DNA from: Candidatus Nomurabacteria bacterium
GTDB taxonomy: Bacteria; Patescibacteriota; Saccharimonadia; Saccharimonadales; JAGQNJ01
Assembly (NCBI GenBank): GCA_023898625.1
Contig: CP060231.1
Span: 340,258-404,257 of the forward strand
Length of the DNA: 64,000 nucleotides
Direction: 5' to 3'
Position 1 is the stretch's first letter. Every line of letters starts with the position of its first letter. A model generated the notes under the pieces. The model searched no databases. It was given only the letters and a program-made list of their open reading frames with translations, and was not told the DNA's origin. This document shows, piece by piece, positions 18,018 through 26,265 of the stretch. The translations under genes were made by a program, and so were the position numbers.

Positions 18018-18378
18018 TGAGAGCCCAGAGTTTAAGAAAGACGTAAAAACACTTAGCAAGAAGGTGCGAACTATAAAGTCTGACCTAATGCCTGTGTATG
18101 CACTTATAGAACAGTTATATGTGCCTGGAGGCGATGAGAGGCTAAAAAAATATCGATCACTGTTTTTTGATGGTAAGCGAGCCACAATTTTACACCAGTC
18201 ACAGACACATGAAGTGATAAAGATGCGATTGGATACCGAAACACGCTCAATGAGCGGTAAGCTTCGATTAGTATTCATAGCTGTTATAAGCGATGGAGCT
18301 GTAACATTCATTGAGCTGTACGCCAAAAATGTTAAAAACCGTGAAGATCAGCAACGCATACAGAAATACCTAGGCTAA
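18007..18378 (+). CDS. RelE/ParE-superfamily-like toxin (123 aa)
   Basis: 'FKKDVKTLSKKVRTIKSDL' N-terminal helix pattern. 'SGKLRLVFIAVISDGAVTFIELYAKNVKNREDQ' resembles the GG(Y/F)R(V/I)IY...LL.iY.K core of RelE-like toxins. Overlaps the antitoxin stop. Confidence 0.55.
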   Translation: MNFNESPEFKKDVKTLSKKVRTIKSDLMPVYALIEQLYVPGGDERLKKYRSLFFDGKRATILHQSQTHEVIKMRLDTETRSMSGKLRLVFIAVISDGAVTFIELYAKNVKNREDQQRIQKYLG

Positions 18379-18415
18379 AATAGCTACCCCATAATTCTTG
18401 AAGCTTTGCCTGTAA

Positions 18416-18699
18416 CGAGTCGACAGCCTCTTTACATGTAGTAACGGTACACACTACTTTATTATCGATGGGGTAAAATGGGATCTCAAGAGTCCTACGG
18501 GTGCGACAAACAAAACATCGAACAGCAACTACAAACGGGTATTAAGAGCAATCAAAAAACATAGTATTTGATGCTCGGCGTACCAAAATACATATCGCCA
18601 GAATTAAGAACATACTTAATTACCAGTTTCGTCTAGCAAAGAGCATCAAAAGAATCGTACTGATCGACAAAAGCAAAAATATTATTGAACTCGTAAGAT
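18416..18699 (+). pseudogene. Frameshifted remnant of a PD-(D/E)xK-type toxin C-terminal domain (polymorphic-toxin/CdiA-CT-like)
   Basis: Frame A: RVDSLFTCSNGTHYFIIDGVKWDLKSPTGATNKTSNSNYKRVLRAIKKHSI*. Frame B continues: FDARRTKIHIARIKNILNYQFRLAKSIKRIVLIDKSKNIIELVR*. The break is next to an A6 run (18554-18559). No start codon or N-terminal region. Confidence 0.35.
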
Positions 18700-18749
18700 A
18701 GACAGTGTTATATTACAAGTATTGAAGGCTCGGCAACGTTGGATTACGC

Positions 18750-18771
18750 AGGTTCTGAACCTTCTTTTTTT
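18750..18771 (+). terminator. Small hairpin plus T7 run at the right end of the island
   Basis: AGGTT (18750-18754) / AACCT (18758-18762) with loop CTG, followed by TCTTTTTTT. A longer imperfect stem GAAGGCTC/GAACCTTC (18724-18764) is also possible. Confidence 0.35.
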
Positions 18772-18806
18772 ACGCCTTACTCCCGACTCTCATTACACGA
18801 CGATTG

Positions 18807-18835
18807 ATTACTACAACAACTTTAGTTTTCATACT
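18807..18835. repeat. Right copy of the 29-bp direct repeat (orphan duplicate of the GT2 5' end)
   Basis: Identical to 15865-15893. Read on the minus strand it gives MKTKVVVVI followed by unrelated sequence and a stop (..NRRVMRVGSKA*). Confidence 0.95.
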
Positions 18836-18873
18836 GCATGCAAGTATTCTATAATAAGTCGGGTAAATCTTAT

Positions 18874-19674
18874 ATGAAACAATTACTTTCCAAGAAGAAC
18901 AGGGCGTTAGTAGCAGAACTTGTCAGAACTGATTTTAAGCTACGTTATCAAGGGTCAGTGCTGGGCTATGCTTGGTCACTCCTCAGGCCACTACTGATGT
19001 TCGTAATTCTTTATATAGTCTTTGTTAAGTTTCTAAAAATTGGCGATGAAATTCCACACTATCCTGTCTATTTGTTGCTTGGTATAGTGGTTTGGAACTT
19101 TTTTACAGAAATGACCCAACTTAGTTTGACTTCTATAGTAGGACGAGGTGATTTAATCCGGAAGATAAAAATACCACGATGGATTGTAGTGATATCCAGT
19201 AGCTTGTCCGCTGTCATAAACCTATCATTAACAATGATGGTGATCACTATATTTATGGTGGTAAATAAAGTTGATGTTAGTAGAGAAATATTATTAGTTC
19301 CACTGATTCTACTACAAGTTTATATATTTTCGTTAGGGATGTCATTCTTCTTGTCTGCAGCATTCGTCAAATACCGAGACATTAGTTATATATGGGAAGT
19401 CCTTTTGCAAATAGGTTTTTATGCTACACCAATTCTATATCCTATTTCAATGATACATAACGAACTTGCCTTAAAGGTATTATTTATGAACCCTATGGCG
19501 CAAACTATTCAAGGTATACGATATGCCATGGTTACTCAAGAGACTATTACTATTTGGAAAGTTTTTGATGGCGGATGGTACTCATTAATACCAATAATAC
19601 TAACAGGTGTTATATTTGTTTTTGGCGTTTGGTACTTTAGAAAAGAATCTAAGTATTTTGCGGAGAATATATAA
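18874..19674 (+). CDS. wzm: ABC-2 type polysaccharide/teichoic-acid export permease (Wzm/TagG-like)
   Basis: 'DFKLRYQGSVLGYAWSLLRPLLMF' ABC-2 signature and 6 TM segments. ATG at 18874 is preferred over 18838. Confidence 0.85.
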   Translation: MKQLLSKKNRALVAELVRTDFKLRYQGSVLGYAWSLLRPLLMFVILYIVFVKFLKIGDEIPHYPVYLLLGIVVWNFFTEMTQLSLTSIVGRGDLIRKIKIPRWIVVISSSLSAVINLSLTMMVITIFMVVNKVDVSREILLVPLILLQVYIFSLGMSFFLSAAFVKYRDISYIWEVLLQIGFYATPILYPISMIHNELALKVLFMNPMAQTIQGIRYAMVTQETITIWKVFDGGWYSLIPIILTGVIFVFGVWYFRKESKYFAENI

Positions 19675-19719
19675 AATGACGAAATCGATAAATTTCCGTC
19701 AGCGTGGTATACTATAATC

Positions 19720-20883
19720 ATGATAGAACGGTCAATAGAGCTAGAAAAGCATATCAAAAATGGTCGAACCTTAATTCTTTATGGCGCACGTAGAACCGGA
19801 AAAACAACCCTGATCGATAACTATGTTGCTGATAATCAAGCAAAACAAAAGATTGTTAAATATAATGGAGACAACCTTAGTACACAAAATAACTTTTCTG
19901 TAAACGATATTAGCCTGTTGTCGCAATATGTTGATGGCTATGATTTATTAGTAATTGACGAGGCTCAAAATATTGACAATATTGGCAAAAGCCTAAAAAT
20001 TCTTAATGATGAAAGGAAAAATCTTGCAGTATTAGTTTCTGGATCTTCTTCATTTGAACTAAAAGGACAAGTGGGCGAGCCTTTAGTTGGACGAAAAACA
20101 ACCTTATTTTTATATCCTTTTTCTGCAAATGAGGTGATAGATAGTATAAAAGATGAGCCTGCAATTGTTGCATGGAAGAGGTTGCAAGAACAATTCTTGA
20201 TATACGGATTGTATCCTGATAGCATTACTGCTAATAGCAATAACGAAAGAAGCCGGTTTTTAGCAGAGATGGTAGACTCATTATTACTAAAAGATATATT
20301 GGCTTTTCAGGAGGTTAGAGCATCCGACGTATTACTTAAACTGTTGAGGCTATTGGCTTTTCGGATTGGCGGGGAAGTTTCAATGGAAGAGCTTGGTAAA
20401 ACTTTGGGAATAAGTAAAAATACGGTAAACAGGTATTTAGATTTACTAGAACAAGCTTTCATAATCTTTAGGCTAAACGGGTTTTCACGAAATTTACGAA
20501 GTGAGATCAATAAGAAATCAAAATATTATTTTTATGATGTCGGTGTTCGTAACGCAATTATTAATAATTTCAATGCATTAGATATGCGTAACGATATAGG
20601 TCAACTATGGGAAAACTTCGTAGTTGTAGAACGAAAAAAACAATTAAGCTATTCAGGTAAAAAAAGAAATCAATATTTTTGGCGAACTTGGGAAAAACAA
20701 GAAATCGATTTAGTAGAAGAAAAAGACGGTAAATTATTTGTTATTGAAGCAAAGTGGAATCCAAATAAAGCAAGTCAGCTACCAAAACAATGGATCCAAG
20801 AATATGGAGATACACAGTTTTCGGTAATTAACAAAGATAATTTTTATGATTATTTTTTAAGTGAAGGGACAACCAATGAGTGA
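19720..20883 (+). CDS. AAA_14-type ATPase with wHTH and DUF4143 (PD-(D/E)xK-like) C-terminal domain, paralogue 1
   Basis: Walker A GARRTGKTT, Walker B LLVIDEAQ, 'LGISKNTVNRYLDLLEQAFIIF', 'EIDLVEE..LFVIEAKW'. Paralogous to 43908-45017. Confidence 0.8.
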   Translation: MIERSIELEKHIKNGRTLILYGARRTGKTTLIDNYVADNQAKQKIVKYNGDNLSTQNNFSVNDISLLSQYVDGYDLLVIDEAQNIDNIGKSLKILNDERKNLAVLVSGSSSFELKGQVGEPLVGRKTTLFLYPFSANEVIDSIKDEPAIVAWKRLQEQFLIYGLYPDSITANSNNERSRFLAEMVDSLLLKDILAFQEVRASDVLLKLLRLLAFRIGGEVSMEELGKTLGISKNTVNRYLDLLEQAFIIFRLNGFSRNLRSEINKKSKYYFYDVGVRNAIINNFNALDMRNDIGQLWENFVVVERKKQLSYSGKKRNQYFWRTWEKQEIDLVEEKDGKLFVIEAKWNPNKASQLPKQWIQEYGDTQFSVINKDNFYDYFLSEGTTNE

Positions 20884-22081
20884 TGATATTGCGATATCTG
20901 TGAATAATGTTTCAAAGACCTTTAAGTTACCTTATGAGAAGAACTCAACAATCAAGGGTGCAATCATTAACTTTAGGCGTAAGAAAAAAGGATACAAAAA
21001 ACAAACTGCACTTAAAAATATATCGTTCGAAGTAAAAAAAGGTGAATTTTTTGGCATAGTAGGGCGCAACGGTAGCGGAAAAAGCACGTTACTAAAACTA
21101 ATATCTGGAATATATGCTCCAGATTCAGGAGCAATTCATGTCAACGGTAAGCTAACTCCATTTATAGAACTTGGTGTTGGCTTTAATCCAGAACTATCAG
21201 GCAAAGATAACGTTTATCTTAACGGATCACTACTTGGTTTTAACCGTAAAGAAATGGATGGAATGTACGATGAAATTGTAGCTTTTGCCGAGCTTGAGAA
21301 ATTTATGGATCAAAAACTAAAAAACTACAGTTCTGGTATGCAAGTACGTTTAGCTTTTTCAATAGCGATTCGTGCCAATACAGACATATTGGTGTTGGAT
21401 GAAGTACTCGCCGTTGGCGACGAAGCCTTCCAGCGCAAGTGTAAAGAATACTTCAAGTCCTTAAAAGAAAATGGTAAAACGGTTGTTTTGGTGACTCATA
21501 GTATGGAAGATGTTCGGCAGTACTGTGATAGGGCAGTTTTGATAGAACACTCAAAGATAAAAAGTATGGGGAACCCTGCAGATATTGCAAATCAATATAC
21601 TTTAGACAATATGCCAAACCATACGAAAGATAAACAAATTGAAGATAGCTCAAAAAAATCAGAAGAAGTAAGAGTTAGCCTAAGTCCTCCGGTAGTGGAC
21701 TTAAAACTAATACCTAAATCTCCGCTGGTTTTAACAAGAGACCAAGACTTTGAGTTTGATATTGTATATAAGCAGACTGATAACACACCTCTATATGTTG
21801 GTATTGGTGTGTTATATGAGAACGTTTCGGTTCTAGAGCATAATTCTATTGGCGTAACACCAAAGAAGATTAATAAAAACACGAACAGCTTTACATACAA
21901 ATTACCATTAAATCAATTTACGCAAGGAACATTTAAAATATCAGGGACAGTTTTTAAATTAAAGGACAAGAGTTTATTAGCGTTTACAACACAGCTTGGA
22001 TCTATAGAAATTGTCGTTACCCATAACAACAAGAAGATGGGTGGCTTGTTAATACATAGAGGTAATTGGGTTGATAAATGA
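20876..22081 (+). CDS. wzt: Polysaccharide ABC exporter ATP-binding protein (Wzt/TagH-like) with C-terminal extension
   Basis: Walker A GRNGSGKST, signature YSSGMQVRLAFS, Walker B ILVLDEVLAVGD. The ~150-aa beta-rich C-terminal extension resembles Wzt glycan-binding domains. ATG at 20876 is preferred. Confidence 0.88.
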   Translation: MSDDIAISVNNVSKTFKLPYEKNSTIKGAIINFRRKKKGYKKQTALKNISFEVKKGEFFGIVGRNGSGKSTLLKLISGIYAPDSGAIHVNGKLTPFIELGVGFNPELSGKDNVYLNGSLLGFNRKEMDGMYDEIVAFAELEKFMDQKLKNYSSGMQVRLAFSIAIRANTDILVLDEVLAVGDEAFQRKCKEYFKSLKENGKTVVLVTHSMEDVRQYCDRAVLIEHSKIKSMGNPADIANQYTLDNMPNHTKDKQIEDSSKKSEEVRVSLSPPVVDLKLIPKSPLVLTRDQDFEFDIVYKQTDNTPLYVGIGVLYENVSVLEHNSIGVTPKKINKNTNSFTYKLPLNQFTQGTFKISGTVFKLKDKSLLAFTTQLGSIEIVVTHNNKKMGGLLIHRGNWVDK

Positions 22082-23163
22082 GCATATATGTGACTAAATC
22101 CTTTCTACCTTCCATAGATGAATATACAAAATATCTTCAGGACATTTGGCGTTCGAATCAATTGACCAACAACGGCTCATTAGTAAAAAGATTCCGCAGT
22201 GAGTTATCTGAATATCTTAATGTTAAAGAAGAGGGTGTTAATATTGTTACAAACGGTACATTAGCTCTTCAGCTTGCATTGCGAGCACTAGATTTCGATA
22301 ACGGAGAGATTATCACAACTCCTTTTACCTATGTTGCTACAACATCTGCTATATTATGGGAGCATTTAACTCCTGTTTTTGTAGATATTGACCCAACCAC
22401 TTTAAATATCGATCCATCAAAAATTGAACAAGCAATTACATCAAAAACAAAAGCAATCATGCCGGTTCATGTTTTTGGTAATCCCTGTGATGTAGAGTCG
22501 ATTGATAAAATTGCCAAAAGGCATAACTTAAAAGTTATTTATGATTCCGCACATGCTTTTGGGGTTAAATATAAAGGAAAATCAATTCTTGAATATGGCG
22601 ATATATCAACACTGAGTTTTCATGCGACAAAGCTTTTTCATACAATTGAGGGGGGTGCCGTATATTCTAATAACAAGAAGTTTATCGATAGGGTGGAATT
22701 GGCGAAACGCTTTGGACACAATGGAGATACACATATACAGCTTGGTATTAACGCAAAAGCAAATGAGTTTCAGTCGGCAATGGGGCTATGCAACCTTAAA
22801 TATATAGACGAAATAATTGAAAAAAGAAAGAAAAAATCAAAGTATTATGAAAATTATCTATCAAATATAGTTGAGCACCCAATAATTTCTGAAGGGACAG
22901 AATATAACTATTCCTACTACCCAATTATTCTAAAAAACCAAAAAGAGTTACAAAAGGTGGTTAAGGCATTAAGTGCAAACGATATATTTCCACGCAGGTA
23001 TTTTTATCCATCTTTAAATATGTTGCCGTACTTAGAATCAAAATATTCTTGTCCTGTATCTGAGGATATTGCTAAGCGTATATTATGTATTCCGTTATAT
23101 GACAGCCTTGACGACTCTACAATAATTAATATTTGTGAGATAATTAACAGATGTTTAAGATAA
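22078..23163 (+). CDS. DegT/DnrJ/EryC1/StrS-family sugar aminotransferase
   Basis: PLP-lysine context 'LSFHATKLFHTIEGGAV' and 'AIMPVHVFGNPCD'. ATGA overlap with wzt. Confidence 0.88.
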   Translation: MSIYVTKSFLPSIDEYTKYLQDIWRSNQLTNNGSLVKRFRSELSEYLNVKEEGVNIVTNGTLALQLALRALDFDNGEIITTPFTYVATTSAILWEHLTPVFVDIDPTTLNIDPSKIEQAITSKTKAIMPVHVFGNPCDVESIDKIAKRHNLKVIYDSAHAFGVKYKGKSILEYGDISTLSFHATKLFHTIEGGAVYSNNKKFIDRVELAKRFGHNGDTHIQLGINAKANEFQSAMGLCNLKYIDEIIEKRKKKSKYYENYLSNIVEHPIISEGTEYNYSYYPIILKNQKELQKVVKALSANDIFPRRYFYPSLNMLPYLESKYSCPVSEDIAKRILCIPLYDSLDDSTIINICEIINRCLR

Positions 23164-23271
23164 CAAAGAGTGTTGGACTTCTAAGTTGCAAAGAGAAAAG
23201 ATTTAAAAAACCTCCGAAACGACTACAGTCCCATAGTATATTAGGGAGATTAAGTTAACATAAGATCGTAA

Positions 23272-24372
23272 ATGAAAAAAGCACTCATTATATTTTCTGG
23301 TTATAACCAACGAGCCGTTGTCGCCTTTTTAAGAACATTGGCAGAATTAAATGTTGATTATGTAATAATTGCTAGTTCATCAAAAGACACTATATTGAGT
23401 ACCGAGTATAAAAACAAAGTAATATATATACGAGAACAAAAAGAGTTAAATAAAGACGAACTTTTTAAGTGTATTGATCTTGCAAAGAAAAAACTGGATG
23501 CAAAAAAATATATTGTTGCGCCATCAACGGAGGGCTTAAATAGGTTTATGCTTGAAAACTATGAAGAGTTCCACGAGCTAGGATACGACGATATTTTGCC
23601 ATCCAAAGAGCTTTATGAACAGATATCGGATAAATACAGCTTTACGCAGATATGCAAAAGCTACGGACTGGTTATTCCTGGCGAATATACTCATAGTAAT
23701 GCCAAATTTCCATTTGTAGCTAAGCCAAAAAAATATTTCTCGACTAACAATAAAACATATTCCCCGGTATTTATAAGAGATGAGGCCGAGTTTAGCACTT
23801 TTAAAAACGAATATTATACTAGAGATTTTTATTTTCAAGAATATGTGTCGGGGGATAGCATATATATTCTATTTTATTTTTATAAAAATGGTAGAGCTAT
23901 TAAATTGTCTCAAGAAAATCTCATTCAACAGCCAAACGGAAGGTCTATCGTTGCTGCCAAGCTAGCCGATATACACCATAAGAAAATTACAGAACAATAT
24001 CAAAACCTTTTTATTAAACTACAATACCGTGGGCTTGTTATGGTGGAAGTAAGTCGACAGAAAGATGATTATGTTATGATCGAGGCTAATCCTAGGTTTT
24101 GGGGTCCTTCGCAACTCTTTGTAGATGCTGGCGTAAACTTCTTTGAAGATATGTTGCTTGATTGGGGTGTGATAGATTCTAAGCCCAAACACGCGAAGAT
24201 GAATAAGGGGGCTAGGTATTATTGGTCGGGTGGAGTATGTGATGATATCTCCAAGATGGTATTTCATAACTATGACAAAGAAACTTATCTTGCAGAGAAT
24301 AGTGTATGGAGTGCTTATGACATATATAATAGAGTGGATACAAGGGAAATTTATGATCTGGAGAAAATATGA
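23272..24372 (+). CDS. ATP-grasp domain protein
   Basis: 'FPFVAKPKKY', 'FYFQEYVSG', 'LVMVEVSRQKDDYVMIEANPRFWGPS' match ATP-grasp core motifs. Confidence 0.7.
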   Translation: MKKALIIFSGYNQRAVVAFLRTLAELNVDYVIIASSSKDTILSTEYKNKVIYIREQKELNKDELFKCIDLAKKKLDAKKYIVAPSTEGLNRFMLENYEEFHELGYDDILPSKELYEQISDKYSFTQICKSYGLVIPGEYTHSNAKFPFVAKPKKYFSTNNKTYSPVFIRDEAEFSTFKNEYYTRDFYFQEYVSGDSIYILFYFYKNGRAIKLSQENLIQQPNGRSIVAAKLADIHHKKITEQYQNLFIKLQYRGLVMVEVSRQKDDYVMIEANPRFWGPSQLFVDAGVNFFEDMLLDWGVIDSKPKHAKMNKGARYYWSGGVCDDISKMVFHNYDKETYLAENSVWSAYDIYNRVDTREIYDLEKI

Positions 24373-25142
24373 TTGATTCACAAAACAAATTGGTGAATTA
24401 CTATCGGCAACATAGTAAACATTCTAACTACCAAGTTTTACCTAATTCATTAAAAAAAATCTTAGGAGCTCATAATTTAAACACAAAATCTAGATTTGAA
24501 AGGGAGAGATTATTATTCTTGACCAAAAACATCAATTTTAAACAAAAGAGAGTTCTAGACATCGGTGGTAATACTGGCTTTTTCTCTTTTGAATTATTGG
24601 AACAAGGAGCAGAGGAGGTTTGTTACTATGAAGGTAATAAATCTCATTCAGAATTTGTACGCCTAGCTTCCAGAGTCCTTAAAGTTGAGAACAAGCTTAA
24701 GGTAGTCGGAGAGTATTTTAATTTTAGCAATACATTTTCGGAGCACTTTGATGTTACCCTACTATTTAATGTACTGCATCATACTGGTGATGATTATGGA
24801 GAATGGGTACCAAGCATTAATGCCGTAAAGACAACAATCACCAAAGAATTAAACCCTTTAGCAAAAAATACTAAATATCTAGTTTTTCAGATGGGTTATA
24901 ACTGGATGGGGGATACAGAGAAGCCAATTTTTATGCATGGGCAAAAACAAGAAATGATTAATTTTATAAAGGGGGGTGTCGATAATTGTTGGGAAATTGA
25001 GTCTATAGGTATAGCTCAAGAAGAAAATGAGAAAATAGTCTATAAAAATTTAAATCAAGACAACATTAGGCGCGTTGATAGACTCGGAGAGTTTCTTAAT
25101 CGTCCTATTTTTATATTAAAATCGTTAAAGTATGATGAATAA
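24369..25142 (+). CDS. Class I SAM-dependent methyltransferase
   Basis: Motif I 'RVLDIGGNTGFFSFELLEQGA'. 4-nt overlap with the ATP-grasp gene. Confidence 0.75.
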   Translation: MIDSQNKLVNYYRQHSKHSNYQVLPNSLKKILGAHNLNTKSRFERERLLFLTKNINFKQKRVLDIGGNTGFFSFELLEQGAEEVCYYEGNKSHSEFVRLASRVLKVENKLKVVGEYFNFSNTFSEHFDVTLLFNVLHHTGDDYGEWVPSINAVKTTITKELNPLAKNTKYLVFQMGYNWMGDTEKPIFMHGQKQEMINFIKGGVDNCWEIESIGIAQEENEKIVYKNLNQDNIRRVDRLGEFLNRPIFILKSLKYDE

Positions 25143-26265
25143 AAGAAAGATAATGGTTTCGGTTTTATCGTTAAGCTATAACCAAAAGCATTATATCAAA
25201 CAGTGTTTAGATAGCATTTTGGGGCAAAAAACAAACTTTAGGTTTGAAGTCTTAATTAATGATGACGCATCAACAGACGGAACAGCTGAAATAATTAAAG
25301 AATATCAAACAAAACATCCACAAATTATTAAGCCGGTTTTTCAAAAAGAAAACAAATACTCAAAAGGTGAACGAAATATGATTGTTAGATATCTGTTGCC
25401 AAAGGTCAAAGGTAAGTATTTGGCCATCTGTGAGGGTGATGACTTTTGGACGGACTTAACAAAGTTACAGAAACAAGTAGATTTTATGGAGGCTCACCCA
25501 GATTATGCTTTGTGTTTTCACCCAGTAAAGGTATTTTACGAAAAGGGTGAGATAGCTGAATATATTTATCCAAATATAAAAAAGGGCTTTACTCTTAATA
25601 AGCTAATCACAGAAAACTATATACCCACAAATTCGGTGATGTATAGGTCTCAGGCAGATTATTCTGCTTGTCCTGTTGATGTTATGCCAGCAGATTGGTA
25701 TTTGCATATGTTTCATGCGCAGTTTGGAAGACTTAAATTTTTTAACAAGGTTATGTCTGCCTATCGAAAGCACGAGGAGGGAGTTTGGTGGGCTACACAA
25801 GATAATCCATACAGAGTTTGGAATGATTATGGTTTGTATTTTCTTGCGTTGGACAAGGTGGCTAACGATATGTTTGGAGATGATAGTAAATACAAAAAAG
25901 CCGTTTATAAAAGAGTTTACAATGATATAAATCAGCTAATTGTATCAAAACCAAGTGGAGGTCAAGGACGCACACAAGAGGCTATTAAGAAATATCCTGG
26001 TTTGATAGATATATATTTAACTTATAATCAGGAGCAGATCTCTTATTTAGAAGATAGAGTAAAGGCTTTGGGTGCAAATATAGCGGTGTATGCACAAGAA
26101 AACGACAAAAAATCGAAGATAATTGATGAACGAATAGCAACAGAACAAGATCTAATAGGGCGACTACATCAAGTAGAGGCTCAACTAAAAGAAATAAAAG
26201 GGTCAAGAACCTGGCGTGCAAGAACTAAGGTTGTGGATTTTTTAACTAACGGAGAAAATAAGTGA
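25132..26265 (+). CDS. Glycosyltransferase family 2 with C-terminal coiled-coil region
   Basis: 'VSVLSLSYNQKHYIKQCLDSILGQ...EVLINDDASTDGT...EGDDFW' GT-A signature. Confidence 0.85.
   Translation: MMNKRKIMVSVLSLSYNQKHYIKQCLDSILGQKTNFRFEVLINDDASTDGTAEIIKEYQTKHPQIIKPVFQKENKYSKGERNMIVRYLLPKVKGKYLAICEGDDFWTDLTKLQKQVDFMEAHPDYALCFHPVKVFYEKGEIAEYIYPNIKKGFTLNKLITENYIPTNSVMYRSQADYSACPVDVMPADWYLHMFHAQFGRLKFFNKVMSAYRKHEEGVWWATQDNPYRVWNDYGLYFLALDKVANDMFGDDSKYKKAVYKRVYNDINQLIVSKPSGGQGRTQEAIKKYPGLIDIYLTYNQEQISYLEDRVKALGANIAVYAQENDKKSKIIDERIATEQDLIGRLHQVEAQLKEIKGSRTWRARTKVVDFLTNGENK

Larger units (their letters stand above)
15894..18806. mobile_element. ~2.9-kb inserted island (degenerate integrative/plasmid-derived element) between the 29-bp direct repeats
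   Basis: Bounded by the 29-bp repeats. Contains an AT-rich leader, a replication-relaxation-like wHTH gene, a toxin-antitoxin pair and a toxin pseudogene. It interrupts an otherwise contiguous glycan locus (GT2 | wzm). No recombinase gene is present. Confidence 0.6.

Noticed and set aside
18745-18765. GCAGGTTCTGAACCTTC, superficially like a tRNA T-arm (GGTTC..GAACC), which would suggest a tRNA-fragment attachment site
   Set aside because: The loop would be only 1-3 nt instead of 7, there are no acceptor or anticodon arms around it, and it is better read as a small terminator hairpin before a T7 run.
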